From Promethearchaeia archaeon (lineage in GTDB: Archaea; Asgardarchaeota; Lokiarchaeia; Sigyniarchaeales; SOKP01): a DNA stretch of 64,000 bases. The position numbers were made by a program, and so were the translations under genes. Below the pieces are notes generated by a model, which saw nothing but the letters and a program-made list of their open reading frames with translations, made no database searches and had not been told where the DNA came from. The DNA is taken from NCBI GenBank assembly GCA_029856145.1, contig JAHQWK010000002.1, positions 181,936-245,935 of the forward strand, in the 5' to 3' direction. Positions 9,933 through 20,651 of the stretch are shown in pieces (the first letter of the stretch is position 1; every line of letters begins with the position of its first letter).

Positions 9933-10703
9933 TTACTCAATAATATCTAAGATTTCTAAAATATTATTGATTTTTCGTAGATTTGATACATTAATTTCCT
10001 TTTCAAAGGGGAATTTATATTTTCTTTCAAGTAAAATTGATTGTATATTGGCTCTTTTGGCACCAATAATATCGGCATATTCATCTCCACACATAATTAC
10101 TGAATTAGCATGATCCTTTAATCCCATCTGTTCGAGAGTGTAGAGAAATATGTTAGGATCTGGTTTTCTTTTTCCATATTTAGCAGATGTCAGAATAAAT
10201 TCAAAAAATTTTGCTAAGTCATGTTTTTTTAACATATTTTCTATAGTCTGGTGATTAGGATGATTGGAAATTAAAGCAACTTTTACATTTTTTTTTGTTA
10301 ATATTTCTAATGTTTCTCTTGTGTTTTCAAAGGGTTCCCACTCATCTTCCTCGCAAGAATGGTAAATATCAGCTAATTTATCATATGTATTCAAATCTAT
10401 ATTATCAATATTATTGATAATGTGTTCTTCTCTAAGCGATTCTAATACATTTTGAAAAATCAACGATGTTGGAAATTCAGTTTTAGTTTTAATGCTTTTT
10501 CTAAAAAAATGTTGTCTACTTTTAGCAAATTTCTTAACAAACGACTCGTTCGATAATTCTTCACTCCAGACTCGCTTTTCTTTCAAAATGTCAATGGATT
10601 TCAACAATCCTTTTTTAAAACATTCATAATATCTTTCAACCGAAGGATTGTCAAAGTAGAATAGGGTAAAGCCAAAATCAAAAATAATTCCTTTAACGGT
10701 CAT
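9933..10703 (-). CDS. HAD-family hydrolase
   Basis: IIFDFGFTL, ISN, KPDPNIF, GDEYADIIGA. Confidence 0.88.
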   Translation of the reverse strand: MTVKGIIFDFGFTLFYFDNPSVERYYECFKKGLLKSIDILKEKRVWSEELSNESFVKKFAKSRQHFFRKSIKTKTEFPTSLIFQNVLESLREEHIINNIDNIDLNTYDKLADIYHSCEEDEWEPFENTRETLEILTKKNVKVALISNHPNHQTIENMLKKHDLAKFFEFILTSAKYGKRKPDPNIFLYTLEQMGLKDHANSVIMCGDEYADIIGAKRANIQSILLERKYKFPFEKEINVSNLRKINNILEILDIIE

Positions 10704-10841
10704 ATTGTTAATAATTATAAAAATTGATTCGTAATTTTAATTTATCTAAAATAAAATGTAAGTAAGACAGATTCGTTTCTGTTAAATACTTAATAACAAA
10801 CAAATTATTAATATAGGTATTTAATATAACTGAGAACCAAG

Positions 10842-11375
10842 ATGTCGATCGATAAATGGCTTGATGAAAAGGGTTCAAAAGAAGAAAGAATTAAAAGAGA
10901 GAAAGCGTTTAAACAGCTTACGAAAGAGGAGGTTCAGGAGTTAAAAAAGAAGAAAGTTCGAGATATGGTTAAAAAAGAGGTAGAAAAAACGAGTGAAAAT
11001 ACTGAAAGAGAGAAATTTTTACAACAAGTAATTGAATTTAAAGACTGGTTAAACAAGAGAACTTATCTAAAAGGAGATTTTGAAAAAATTGAAATGTGGA
11101 TAAAAAATTTAAATTCAATAGTAACCTTATCATCCGAGCGGAGGGAAAAATCAGCACTTTATAATGAGAAAAAGAAATTAATTGAAAAATATAAAGAAAT
11201 TCCACCGAAATTCTTAGATGAGAAAATACGAGTTGCTATAAATAAATTAATACATGGTGCAAAAAGAACAAATTCAGATAATTATTATATAAGGAAATTA
11301 AAAAGCACCCTTAAGGAAAAACTAAAAGAAGCGGAATATTACAATATATTAGATAAATTAATTAAGATATTATGA
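10842..11375 (+). CDS. Hypothetical protein (basic, helical)
   Basis: 177-aa ORF with host-like codon usage; no recognised motif. Confidence 0.7.
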   Translation: MSIDKWLDEKGSKEERIKREKAFKQLTKEEVQELKKKKVRDMVKKEVEKTSENTEREKFLQQVIEFKDWLNKRTYLKGDFEKIEMWIKNLNSIVTLSSERREKSALYNEKKKLIEKYKEIPPKFLDEKIRVAINKLIHGAKRTNSDNYYIRKLKSTLKEKLKEAEYYNILDKLIKIL

Positions 11376-11462
11376 AATTATAAGGAAATTTCAAAATACT
11401 TTTTATTTTATCAAGTTTTATAATTTTTATATTAAAAATCAGACCCCAGATTTCTATATTAA

Positions 11463-12551
11463 ATGTGGCTTATATGTCCTATTGCTGGCGTTGGCAAAAG
11501 ATTACAACCTTTTACGTATTCTAAGCCAAAGGCTTTCTTGAAGATCGCAGGGAAAAGGTTAATCGATCATATTCTTATAAAGTTGAAAAATTCATTTCCA
11601 AAAGGTACTAACATTTGCTTTATTGTTGGTTATAAAAAAAGGCAAATAGCAGAGTATCTTAAAAAAAAACATTCAGATTATTTTAATCTCCATTTTATAG
11701 AACAAAAACCATTAGGATATGAAGCAGATACACCATTTTTTAGTGGGCTTGGAGATGCGATTTTATTAGCCAAAGATCTTGCTTTAAATGACGATTGCTT
11801 TGTATTTTTAAGCGATAGACTTCCTATAGAGGATTATTCACAAATTTTATTACATTTTCATCAGGATATTTGTGATGGAGTAATAAATGTTAAACAAGTA
11901 AAGAATCCTCAGTTTTACGGTGTAATTGAATTGGATGGAACTGGAATTGTTAAAAATATCGTTGAGAAACCAAATAAACCTAAATCAAATTATGCCGTAT
12001 CAGGAGTGTATCTTTTCGGAATGAGTATGACCCCACGATTATTTGAGTCATTAGAGGAACAGAGTAAAATTCCATTAGAAAACGGTCAAGAACATACCAT
12101 TACACCAATTATTCAACAACTAATTGAAGAAGGTTTTAAACTAAAAATCAATGAAATGAAAAAAGATATATTAGATTTTGGACGACCTGAGAGTTTAATA
12201 GCTGGCAATCGTCTATTATTAGAAGAAGTAAAGATTCAGGATCCCACATATGAGAAATTATTTCAATCTGGTAATATAATCGATTCAAAAATCGTTCCTC
12301 CCGTTTATATTGGAGAGAATAGTAAAATTTCTGATTCTGTTATAGGTCCAAATGTATCTATTGGAGATAACGTAGTTTTAGATAAATGTATTTTATCTGA
12401 ATCTGTTATTGGTGATGGAGCTAATTTGAAAAAGATAATATCTTCTGAGAGTATTGTAGGAGATTTTACAATTTTAGAGGATTTAATCAAGAAAAGTATT
12501 ATTATAGGAGATTCTTCTTATATTACTACTTCTAATATGAAATCATTTTGA
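11463..12551 (+). CDS. Sugar-phosphate nucleotidyltransferase (long-form glucose-1-phosphate thymidylyltransferase-like) with hexapeptide beta-helix
   Basis: AGVGKRLQPFTYSKPK, VEKP, DFGRPE, C-terminal IG-repeat. Confidence 0.9.
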   Translation: MWLICPIAGVGKRLQPFTYSKPKAFLKIAGKRLIDHILIKLKNSFPKGTNICFIVGYKKRQIAEYLKKKHSDYFNLHFIEQKPLGYEADTPFFSGLGDAILLAKDLALNDDCFVFLSDRLPIEDYSQILLHFHQDICDGVINVKQVKNPQFYGVIELDGTGIVKNIVEKPNKPKSNYAVSGVYLFGMSMTPRLFESLEEQSKIPLENGQEHTITPIIQQLIEEGFKLKINEMKKDILDFGRPESLIAGNRLLLEEVKIQDPTYEKLFQSGNIIDSKIVPPVYIGENSKISDSVIGPNVSIGDNVVLDKCILSESVIGDGANLKKIISSESIVGDFTILEDLIKKSIIIGDSSYITTSNMKSF

Positions 12552-12588
12552 ATAAAAAAAAAAGAAAAGACTTCATTAAATTTGAGAC

Positions 12589-14013
12589 CTAATTAAAATT
12601 TGGTCTTTTTTTTTGCCAAGGAGCTATTTCTTCAAAAGCTTGTGAAACTTGTAATACGAGCAAATCATTGAACCTATTCCCAATTATTTGCATTCCCGTC
12701 GGTAATCCTTCATTAGACCAACCACAAGGAATGGATGCTGCTGGATGACCTGTTAAATTAAACGGGAAAGAAAATGGCATCCATGCAGTGGGTGATACAT
12801 TTTTTTCATTGATTTTTGGTGGATACATAATTCCTAATTCAAAAGGAGGAATAGCTATTGTAGGGGTTATTAAAATATCATAATTTTTGAAAAATTTATA
12901 AAATGTCTCATAAATTTTGGTACGTTGACTCATGGCTTTCATTACATCAAGAGCTGAATAACCAATTCCCGCGTCAACCATTCTAACCAATTCAGGATCC
13001 ATTTTTTCTCTCCAATCCTTTAATTTTGGTTTTAAATCAAACGCATAATCCGCTGTATATAATGTGTAAAAAGGTATTTCTGGTTTTCTCATTTTAAAAT
13101 TCACATTTTCAACGCTCCAACCTAATTCTGCAAATTTTTCAGCGGAGTTAGTAACATTTCTCGCAACATCAGGGTCAATTATTTTTGCATAGCCTAAATC
13201 TAAGGAATAGCCAATTTTTAATTTCTCTGGTTTTTTTGAAATATTATCTAGATAGCTAATTTTTTCCTCTGGTAAGCTATATCTATCTCCATCATGAGGT
13301 CCTTTTATAGTATCCAACATCAAAGCTGCGTCTCTTACATATCTAACTATAGGACCTACATGAACATAAGATTCAGCATGAAGCTCTATTCTAGGATATA
13401 CTGGAACTCTCCCTAGACTTGGCTTATGCCCAAAAACACCACAACAACTGGCAGGAATTCTTATTGAACCACCACCATCATTTCCTAAAGTAATTGGGCC
13501 TAAACCTGAAGCTACAGCTGCAGCTCCACCTCCAGTTGATCCACCTGGTATTCTATCTGTATTCCAAGGATTCCGAGATTCACCAAATACAAGATTATGA
13601 GTAACACCGGCATACCCAAATTCGGGTGTATTTGTTTTTCCAAGAAGTACAATTCCTGCTTTTTTTAAACGTTTTACGACGACTTCATCATTCTTAGGAA
13701 CATTGTGTTCATAGATCATACTTCCAAAAGTAGTTCTAATATCTTTAGTCAAAAATAAATCTTTAATAGAAGTTGGAACACCATGTAATAACCCCAGTTT
13801 TTCACCCTTTTTAACAGCTTCATCTGCTTTTTTTGCCATTTCCCTTGCGGTATCGAAGGTAGGAGTGCAGTATGCATTAATTATAGGATTAATTTTTTCG
13901 ATCCTTTCGATTATAACTTCAGTAATTTCTTGTGAAGTTAATTCTTGTCTTAGTATAGCATCTTTCATGTCACAAGCAGACATAAAACAAATATCTTCTT
14001 TATTCATTTTCAT
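12589..14013 (-). CDS. Amidase-signature family amidase
   Basis: GVPTSIKD, GKTNTPEF, PGGSTGG, GNDGGGSIRIPAS. Confidence 0.93.
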   Translation of the reverse strand: MKMNKEDICFMSACDMKDAILRQELTSQEITEVIIERIEKINPIINAYCTPTFDTAREMAKKADEAVKKGEKLGLLHGVPTSIKDLFLTKDIRTTFGSMIYEHNVPKNDEVVVKRLKKAGIVLLGKTNTPEFGYAGVTHNLVFGESRNPWNTDRIPGGSTGGGAAAVASGLGPITLGNDGGGSIRIPASCCGVFGHKPSLGRVPVYPRIELHAESYVHVGPIVRYVRDAALMLDTIKGPHDGDRYSLPEEKISYLDNISKKPEKLKIGYSLDLGYAKIIDPDVARNVTNSAEKFAELGWSVENVNFKMRKPEIPFYTLYTADYAFDLKPKLKDWREKMDPELVRMVDAGIGYSALDVMKAMSQRTKIYETFYKFFKNYDILITPTIAIPPFELGIMYPPKINEKNVSPTAWMPFSFPFNLTGHPAASIPCGWSNEGLPTGMQIIGNRFNDLLVLQVSQAFEEIAPWQKKRPNFN

Positions 14014-14150
14014 CTTTAATTTAAAAAGTTATTTTAGGATAAATTGGGATTTTAACTAATATAAAAATTACTCTTTAAAATGATAAACATGCTTCAAAAT
14101 CGTAAAAATTTTTAGTTTAAGATAGAAGATAAATACTTATTTTAATTATT

Positions 14151-14558
14151 TTAAAATTTAAAATCAGATTGCCATTTTTTATATCCCATTTGCCATAGTT
14201 TCAATCTTGGTTTGTCTACTTTATTATCTACTTCAATCCCAGGTTTAGGATTACTCATCAATTTACGATATCGAGAATAATATTCATCTGCACTCGGGTT
14301 CCCTTTAATTAAATCTAAAATTGCTTTTTCAGTGAAGTATAAAATTAAATCTGGTTTAACATTAGGGTTGTTTTTTGTGAGTTCTAATTCATTCTCTTTC
14401 TTTTTATATAAAAAGTAATGTAGTTTGAAATCTTCTTCATAAGTAGAATTTTCAGTAATAATATATTCCCAACAAGCATTTACCTTAAGATGCCTCATTA
14501 AATCTAAAGTCACTTGAAAATAAGTTTTTAATTTCTCATACAATTCTTCTTTATCCAT
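14151..14558 (-). CDS. Hypothetical protein, possibly SCP2-like; paralog of 16125-16604
   Basis: PDLILYFTEKAILDLI...KLWQMGYKKW resembles the paralog. Confidence 0.65.
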   Translation of the reverse strand: MDKEELYEKLKTYFQVTLDLMRHLKVNACWEYIITENSTYEEDFKLHYFLYKKKENELELTKNNPNVKPDLILYFTEKAILDLIKGNPSADEYYSRYRKLMSNPKPGIEVDNKVDKPRLKLWQMGYKKWQSDFKF

Positions 14559-14570
14559 CGCGTACTCTAG

Positions 14571-16064
14571 CTATTTTATTTTCTTTAAATTTAATGGAGT
14601 CCCATCATAGATATATTTTCCATAAACTAATTCTTGAGGGTAATATTTACAACCCGCGGGATAAGCAGAATCTTTAATGCCGCCTAGTGAAACAGTAATG
14701 TCAACCAGCATAGGTCTGGCATTTATGTAAATATTCGCAGCTTCTAATTCATTCTTAAAAATCTCAATATTTTTCAAGTTAGATGTATAAACAACTGCTC
14801 GCATACCATAATTACTCGCATTTGCTAACCTTATTGCATCTTTCATATCGTTAGCTTTAGTAATAGAACGAACTGGTCCAAAAGCCTCTTCTCGCCACAA
14901 AAATGGAGCTTTAGTTAAATCTTCACATAATTCAGGTTTTATTTCTACCAAAGTAGGTTTGTAAAATAACCCATAATCTTCACCCGTATCGACTTTCTCA
15001 CCACCTGTGTAAATTTTAGCGTCGTATTTTTTTGCATCAGCTACCATTACCTCCATCATCATCAAGATTCTCCTACTTCCCAATGGACCAATATCTACAT
15101 CAGGATCGGTGGGATCTCCATATTTTAACTTTTCAATTTCTTTCATAAGACATTCTACATATTCGTCGTATATATCTTTGTGGACTATAATTCGCTTCAT
15201 CGAGAAGCATTGTTGTCCAGAATTAGTATAACTAGCCATTGCATTCCATTTAGCTACTAGTTCTAAATTTACATCATCCATAACTATTCCCGCGTCGTTT
15301 CCCGCACATTCGAAAAAGAATTGTTTAAATGGCTGAGTATACATAGGAACTCCCATTGATTTATCAACAGTTTTCTTCAGGAATCTACCATAACGAACTA
15401 AGATATCTTTTGCTGTATGAGACGCTGTAATCGTCATCAAAGTTTTGATTAAAGGAGATTGGAGAAATTCATCCACTGCCCATTCCCCAGGAGCTATAAC
15501 CAAACCTAAAGCCCCGAGAGCAGGAAGATCCATTTCTTCCATTATAGAATAAGCTTCTAACATAGTTAATGGACAAGCTGTGGATGGTTTAACGATGGCT
15601 CCATTACCAACTAAATAATTGGCGCCCAATTGATAAAGTGGTAGACTTATAGGAGTATTACGAGGAGAAATGCATGCTGCTAAACCATGAGGAATATATC
15701 TTATTCTGGCGAGTTGTTCTCCTTCTATGCTTGTTAAAGGTTTTTCCTCTATAAATTGATAATACCAATCACAGAATTTGAAACCATTAGTTACAATATT
15801 CAATTCCCATTCCGAATATTTGATTGGTAGTCCCCCTTCTGCTACAATCAAGTCTTTTAATTGTTTTTTTTTGAATCGTAATTTACTTGCAAATTTAGAA
15901 AGGAGTTGGGCTCGTTCAAAAAAATCCATTTCATTTAGCAAATGTTGATTTTTATGAATTTTCTTTATTTTTTCTCGAACTGTTTCTGGTGTGTCCGCAG
16001 GAATAGTTCTTATAATTTCACCAGTGTATTTATTTTTTATTTCCAATTCTTGAACTTTTGACAT
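14571..16064 (-). CDS. Aldehyde dehydrogenase family protein (divergent)
   Basis: PRNTP, VKPS, FECAGND, NSGQQC (catalytic Cys), EEAFGPV. Confidence 0.92.
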   Translation of the reverse strand: MSKVQELEIKNKYTGEIIRTIPADTPETVREKIKKIHKNQHLLNEMDFFERAQLLSKFASKLRFKKKQLKDLIVAEGGLPIKYSEWELNIVTNGFKFCDWYYQFIEEKPLTSIEGEQLARIRYIPHGLAACISPRNTPISLPLYQLGANYLVGNGAIVKPSTACPLTMLEAYSIMEEMDLPALGALGLVIAPGEWAVDEFLQSPLIKTLMTITASHTAKDILVRYGRFLKKTVDKSMGVPMYTQPFKQFFFECAGNDAGIVMDDVNLELVAKWNAMASYTNSGQQCFSMKRIIVHKDIYDEYVECLMKEIEKLKYGDPTDPDVDIGPLGSRRILMMMEVMVADAKKYDAKIYTGGEKVDTGEDYGLFYKPTLVEIKPELCEDLTKAPFLWREEAFGPVRSITKANDMKDAIRLANASNYGMRAVVYTSNLKNIEIFKNELEAANIYINARPMLVDITVSLGGIKDSAYPAGCKYYPQELVYGKYIYDGTPLNLKKIK

Positions 16065-16124
16065 ATATTCTAATTACCTTTTTAATCATTAATGTTAATT
16101 TTAAAATCAGCTTTAAAAAAAGTT

Positions 16125-16604
16125 TCATTTACTATCTATATCATCATCATTTTCGAGGATACCTGCAGTTTGAGCAAATTTACCATAACCCATATCAATT
16201 AGGATTTGCGTTCTTTTATGTAAAACAAAATCAATCCATCCTTTTTTCTCGTCTGGATCGTTATAAAAAGATCCTAAAAGTTGAGCATATTCTACCTTCG
16301 TATCTGTTTGTATTAATTTTTCAACTGCATCTATCGAGAGTGCTAATTCCAAATCTGAGTCAACAGCGCTCCCCGGTTTTATTTCAATCCCATTTCCATT
16401 TCGATAGACATTAAAAATATCTACGGGAGAAACCTTATCATAGGCTTCAAGTGAATCGTAAAGGGCAAAATCAAAGTCTGACCCATTAACTAGATCAGAA
16501 AAAATTTCAGGATATTTTGCTAGAAATGTGGTGTATTTTTTTGCAATTTCTGTCTTATATGCTTTTTTATCGATAATTTGACTCGTCATTTCTTCTTCTA
16601 ACAT
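16125..16604 (-). CDS. Hypothetical protein, possibly SCP2-like; paralog of 14151-14558
   Basis: SDLELALSIDAVEKLI...ILIDMGYGKF. Confidence 0.65.
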   Translation of the reverse strand: MLEEEMTSQIIDKKAYKTEIAKKYTTFLAKYPEIFSDLVNGSDFDFALYDSLEAYDKVSPVDIFNVYRNGNGIEIKPGSAVDSDLELALSIDAVEKLIQTDTKVEYAQLLGSFYNDPDEKKGWIDFVLHKRTQILIDMGYGKFAQTAGILENDDDIDSK

Positions 16605-16622
16605 TTTTGTATTTAACTCTTC

Positions 16623-17618
16623 TTACTTTTTTCCTTTTTCAATAAAATCTTTATACCATTTTATGGTTTGTTCTAATCCTTCTCTTAAAGGGGTAATTTT
16701 ATATCCCAGTTTTTCAATTGCTTTTTCAGAGGAGTATGACCAATTATGATTTATCATTTTGACGGTTGGTCTATTGATATATGGCATTTTTTTAGTCATC
16801 TTTGTTTTGAATTCACAAAATAATGCATACATTGTTCCAAAACTCATTGGAAAATGGCGTGGGTTTTTCTTATTTCCTGCTATTTCAGCAATTAAATCCA
16901 TCCAATCTCGAAATTTTACGTTAACTCCCCCAAGTATGAAATGTTCGCCTTTTAAGTCGTTTCGATCAATAACACTTACAATTCCATCAATAATATCATT
17001 CACATATACGAAATTTCCGATATTATCTCCTTTTCCAGGGCATCCTAAGAATTTCCTTGCTGTGATGTCTAAAATTGTTTGGCCAAAAATATTAAAATCT
17101 CCAGGCCCATAAACTATTCCTGGATAAAAAATGGTCGCATTAAGACCTTTATTAAGGTATTCTTTAATTAATTTTTTGGCTTGGAATTTTGTTTTTGCAT
17201 AATCAAGATATAACCCATCCTCACTCTCATAAGTTTCATCTACAGGATCAATTGGTGTTGCACCTAAAGCAATAAATGAACTGATATATAAGAATCGAAT
17301 TTTTTTTTCTAATGCAATTTTGGCAATATTTTCGGTGCCTTTTATATTTGTATCTTCAATTATTGTTTTATCTTTTGCCCACATTCTAGTGTATGCTGCG
17401 AGGTGATAAATTATGTCAATATTATTTACAGCTTGATTTAAACTATCAATATCTTGAATATTACCGGTAATATATTCAATATTATTTAAATCTTCAAAAG
17501 GAGTTATATCACTACTCTCTCTTATCAATAGCTTTAAGTTATGTCCTAAACTATTTAGCTTTTTTACCAAAGGAACTCCAATAAAACCCGTACCACCAGT
17601 TATTAATATATTTGCCAT
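16623..17618 (-). CDS. NAD-dependent epimerase/dehydratase (extended SDR, HpnA/3-beta-HSD-like)
   Basis: TGGTGFIG, HLAA, YAKTK (YxxxK), VYGPGD. Confidence 0.92.
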   Translation of the reverse strand: MANILITGGTGFIGVPLVKKLNSLGHNLKLLIRESSDITPFEDLNNIEYITGNIQDIDSLNQAVNNIDIIYHLAAYTRMWAKDKTIIEDTNIKGTENIAKIALEKKIRFLYISSFIALGATPIDPVDETYESEDGLYLDYAKTKFQAKKLIKEYLNKGLNATIFYPGIVYGPGDFNIFGQTILDITARKFLGCPGKGDNIGNFVYVNDIIDGIVSVIDRNDLKGEHFILGGVNVKFRDWMDLIAEIAGNKKNPRHFPMSFGTMYALFCEFKTKMTKKMPYINRPTVKMINHNWSYSSEKAIEKLGYKITPLREGLEQTIKWYKDFIEKGKK

Positions 17619-17845
17619 GACTATAATGTTAATGTAATAAAAAGAAATTTTAAAATAATATAAGGTTACATCGTATTAAAGTTAGATCTTAGAGGTGTAT
17701 AGGTTTTACACCTTTTAATATTAGGAAACCTCGGAATAAATAATAAAGTTTTTTCTTGTCAATTTCAGAAGGCATTTATTAAAGAAATTCAATTAATATA
17801 TCTTAGATCTGCCTAAATTTTAACTAAAAGATTAATGAGAATAGA

Positions 17846-18403
17846 TTGAAAAAGAAGCAAAAGATTTTTGAGAAATTTCATTCACAATTAGATTTACCCT
17901 TTCTAGAGACAGACAATGAATTATTAGAAGAAATATTTCAAACGCTAGAAGCGAAATTCGGGTTAAAAACGAATTCAAATCAAAAATTTGTTGATTTGGG
18001 TGCGGGAAATGGAAATATTGTTATTTATACTGCTTTAAATTATAATATTAAATCCTATGGAATTGAAATTGTTCATAACTTAATTAATGAAGCAAAAATC
18101 AAGATAAAATCATTGAAAAAAGAAGGAATTTATAATAAAAGCTTGTTAAAAAAAATAAAGATAAAATTAGGAGATTTTTATTTACTTAATTTAAAGGATT
18201 ATGATTTTATATACATCTACTCATTACCTTCAATGCAAAAATTTCTCCAACACGTTTTTATTACTGCTAAAAAAGGAGCAATAATAATATCGCACAAATA
18301 TCAACTCGAAGGGTTCAAGTATTTATTGAAGGATGAATACAGACTAGCTCATAAGAATGATAAACAAGAAATTTATTCCTTTTTTTATAAGAAAATCTCA
18401 TGA
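17846..18403 (+). CDS. Class I SAM-dependent methyltransferase
   Basis: FVDLGAGNG, YGIEI, GDF, DFIYIY. Confidence 0.85.
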   Translation: MKKKQKIFEKFHSQLDLPFLETDNELLEEIFQTLEAKFGLKTNSNQKFVDLGAGNGNIVIYTALNYNIKSYGIEIVHNLINEAKIKIKSLKKEGIYNKSLLKKIKIKLGDFYLLNLKDYDFIYIYSLPSMQKFLQHVFITAKKGAIIISHKYQLEGFKYLLKDEYRLAHKNDKQEIYSFFYKKIS

Positions 18404-18566
18404 AATAGAGAGGATTTTCGTGAAGAGATTACTCTTATATCAATTATTCAACAAATATTACATTCTTTTAATACAACAAAAAATATAATTATAAATAAAA
18501 CCAAAATAAATAAATATATAATTTTAAAAATTGAATAATTTTACTATAAAATAAGGTGTAAAATGA

Positions 18567-19265
18567 ATGGTATCTGAATTAGGTTTACTAGATGGTTTGA
18601 CCGCTTCTTTAATTATTCTGTCATCAACGACGTTTGGATTATTATCATTATACAAGTCAATAAAAATGAAGGCTAAACTCCTTACAATTGCTGCAATGAC
18701 GATGTTTTTTGTTGGATGTTTCTGGTTAGGTCCAACAATAGATTTTTTTATGGAAGTAATATGGCAAACGAATATTACTCCAATTCATTTCTATGCACTT
18801 CTTAGCTACTTGTGGGTTGCTCCAGCTTTACTCTTCTCAATGTTGCTTGGTGGTGAACTCCTATTCCCAAAAAAGAAATGGATTATTGTAGGAATATATT
18901 TAATTTTAGGGATTGTTTTTGAGTACTTTCTATGGTTTCAAACATATGAATCATTTATATTCACTCCTCCTTCATCTCCGGGTGATTTAATTGATGCAAG
19001 TTTTGTTCGAACTCATCCAACATTTTTATTGGTTGCATTTTTTCTAGTGTCTGTTCTTGTATTTTTAGGTATTGGTTTTGCAATAAAAGCGAAGCAATCC
19101 ACAGGACAATTGAGAAGAAAATTTATATATTTGTCTATAGGATTTACAATATTTGTAATATGCGGTGCTCTAGATTCAATTCTTACTATCCCTGTTGCTA
19201 TAGGAGTTGTAAGAGTTGTAATGGCTACTTTTGCAGGCTTTATGTATCTCGGTTTAAAGACTTAA
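18567..19265 (+). CDS. Multi-pass (about 7 TM) membrane protein
   Basis: 232 aa with about seven hydrophobic segments; GGTG SD-like motif upstream. Confidence 0.8.
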   Translation: MVSELGLLDGLTASLIILSSTTFGLLSLYKSIKMKAKLLTIAAMTMFFVGCFWLGPTIDFFMEVIWQTNITPIHFYALLSYLWVAPALLFSMLLGGELLFPKKKWIIVGIYLILGIVFEYFLWFQTYESFIFTPPSSPGDLIDASFVRTHPTFLLVAFFLVSVLVFLGIGFAIKAKQSTGQLRRKFIYLSIGFTIFVICGALDSILTIPVAIGVVRVVMATFAGFMYLGLKT

Positions 19266-19360
19266 AGAAAAAGACAAACCCGTTGAGTTAGCGGTTATAA
19301 TTAAATCTCCTTTCTTTTTTTTAATTTTATATCATATAATTTACTGCAACCTCTACTGGT

Positions 19361-19705
19361 TCAAGCTTCATTAATTTTTTTAAGGAGTTCTTTCAAAAAC
19401 AATTTCATGAAATATCTTTGATTATTACAGAAATCAAGTTTTTGTGTATTAGTTAATTCTGAGCAATTAGATAAAATCGAGTGAATATCGTTCGAAATCG
19501 CGAGATATTCATCTTTTGATCCGCCTAAAACATATTGCGAACTTAGAATTTCGTTATTATTAATTTTACTAAAAGAAGATTCTTTATTCTCAACAAAACT
19601 TTCAATTGGAAATTTCTCTTTATATTCACTGAGAGAGGTAATCAATAGATCTGAAATGTATTTAAATGACTCTTTTGAATCTATATGATTAAATAACTCC
19701 GACAT
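19361..19705 (-). CDS. Hypothetical protein
   Basis: 114-aa ORF, ATG start; no motif. Confidence 0.5.
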   Translation of the reverse strand: MSELFNHIDSKESFKYISDLLITSLSEYKEKFPIESFVENKESSFSKINNNEILSSQYVLGGSKDEYLAISNDIHSILSNCSELTNTQKLDFCNNQRYFMKLFLKELLKKINEA

Positions 19706-20075
19706 GAGATTAGAAATTATATTATTATTTAAATTTTGAAAACCATTATGGTTAAAATGATTCGATTTCCCTAAGTTCGGATTTTTCTCAAAAGAGAGAT
19801 TAGAGTAATCTTTATTGATAATGCCTTTTGAAATTATACTTCATCTCGGAGATAGTTCAATTTGATATATGTAAAACCGATCTGGTATTTAAAAAAAAAG
19901 CCTCTCTGAATTTAGTGGAAATATGACAAGAATAATAAAATAAAGAAAAGGGATTTGTATCTCAGATGTAAAAATTGTTATTATCTTCCAGAAAATTCAA
20001 TTGGATTAAAGTTGTCTTAAAATTATCAAAAGAATAAATGAAAAAAGAAAAAATGTAATAAATTTTAAGAGAAAA

Positions 20076-20651
20076 TTAAAGATTAGACCCACAATTTGGG
20101 CAGAAATTTCCACTTGATTCTATTTTATGACCACAATAAACACAATAGTTTTTTCCTTCTGTTGGTAAGGGCTCATCCATCTTTTTAGGGGGAGCGATAT
20201 ATTCAGTCGCAGGAGTATATGTTATTGGTTGACCTAAGATAATTTGTCCTGATTCAGCATCAAAACTATATTTTAATATTCCTCTATTTCTTAGATCTAA
20301 TAGCACACGAAGTAATACTCCTGGTTTCATACCAATTTCCAGGGCGATATGCTCTAGTTTATAGGTCCCTTGAAAGTTACGTTGGGCAACAGCATTCTTA
20401 ACAACTTGTTTATATTTATAATTCCTATAAAGTTGTTCAAATCCTCCAATAAATATAAAAAAAGCGGGTATAAAAAGCCAGTAACCCCACCCTGAAAGTC
20501 CTATAAATGAAATGTTAAAAGCTAGGAAAAACAACGACAAAATAGCAACAAAAAGAAAAACTATAGCAACTGCGAATGTTCCGATAGCTGCTTCATAAGA
20601 TTCCTTGTAATAATAACGATGTTTATATTTATCTTGACTCATTTTTCTCAC
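20076..20651 (-). CDS. Membrane protein with winged-helix-like region and C-terminal double zinc ribbon
   Basis: Two TM helices, LEHIALEIGMKP...LLDLRNRG, CVYC...CPNC. Confidence 0.8.
   Translation of the reverse strand: MRKMSQDKYKHRYYYKESYEAAIGTFAVAIVFLFVAILSLFFLAFNISFIGLSGWGYWLFIPAFFIFIGGFEQLYRNYKYKQVVKNAVAQRNFQGTYKLEHIALEIGMKPGVLLRVLLDLRNRGILKYSFDAESGQIILGQPITYTPATEYIAPPKKMDEPLPTEGKNYCVYCGHKIESSGNFCPNCGSNL

Noticed and set aside
12589-14013. Calling the amidase GatA
   Set aside because: No gatB/gatC nearby, and the sequence looks like a general amidase-signature enzyme in a catabolic cluster
19706-20075. 370-bp intergenic gap, possible pseudogene or RNA
   Set aside because: No recognisable reading frame, repeat or convincing fold
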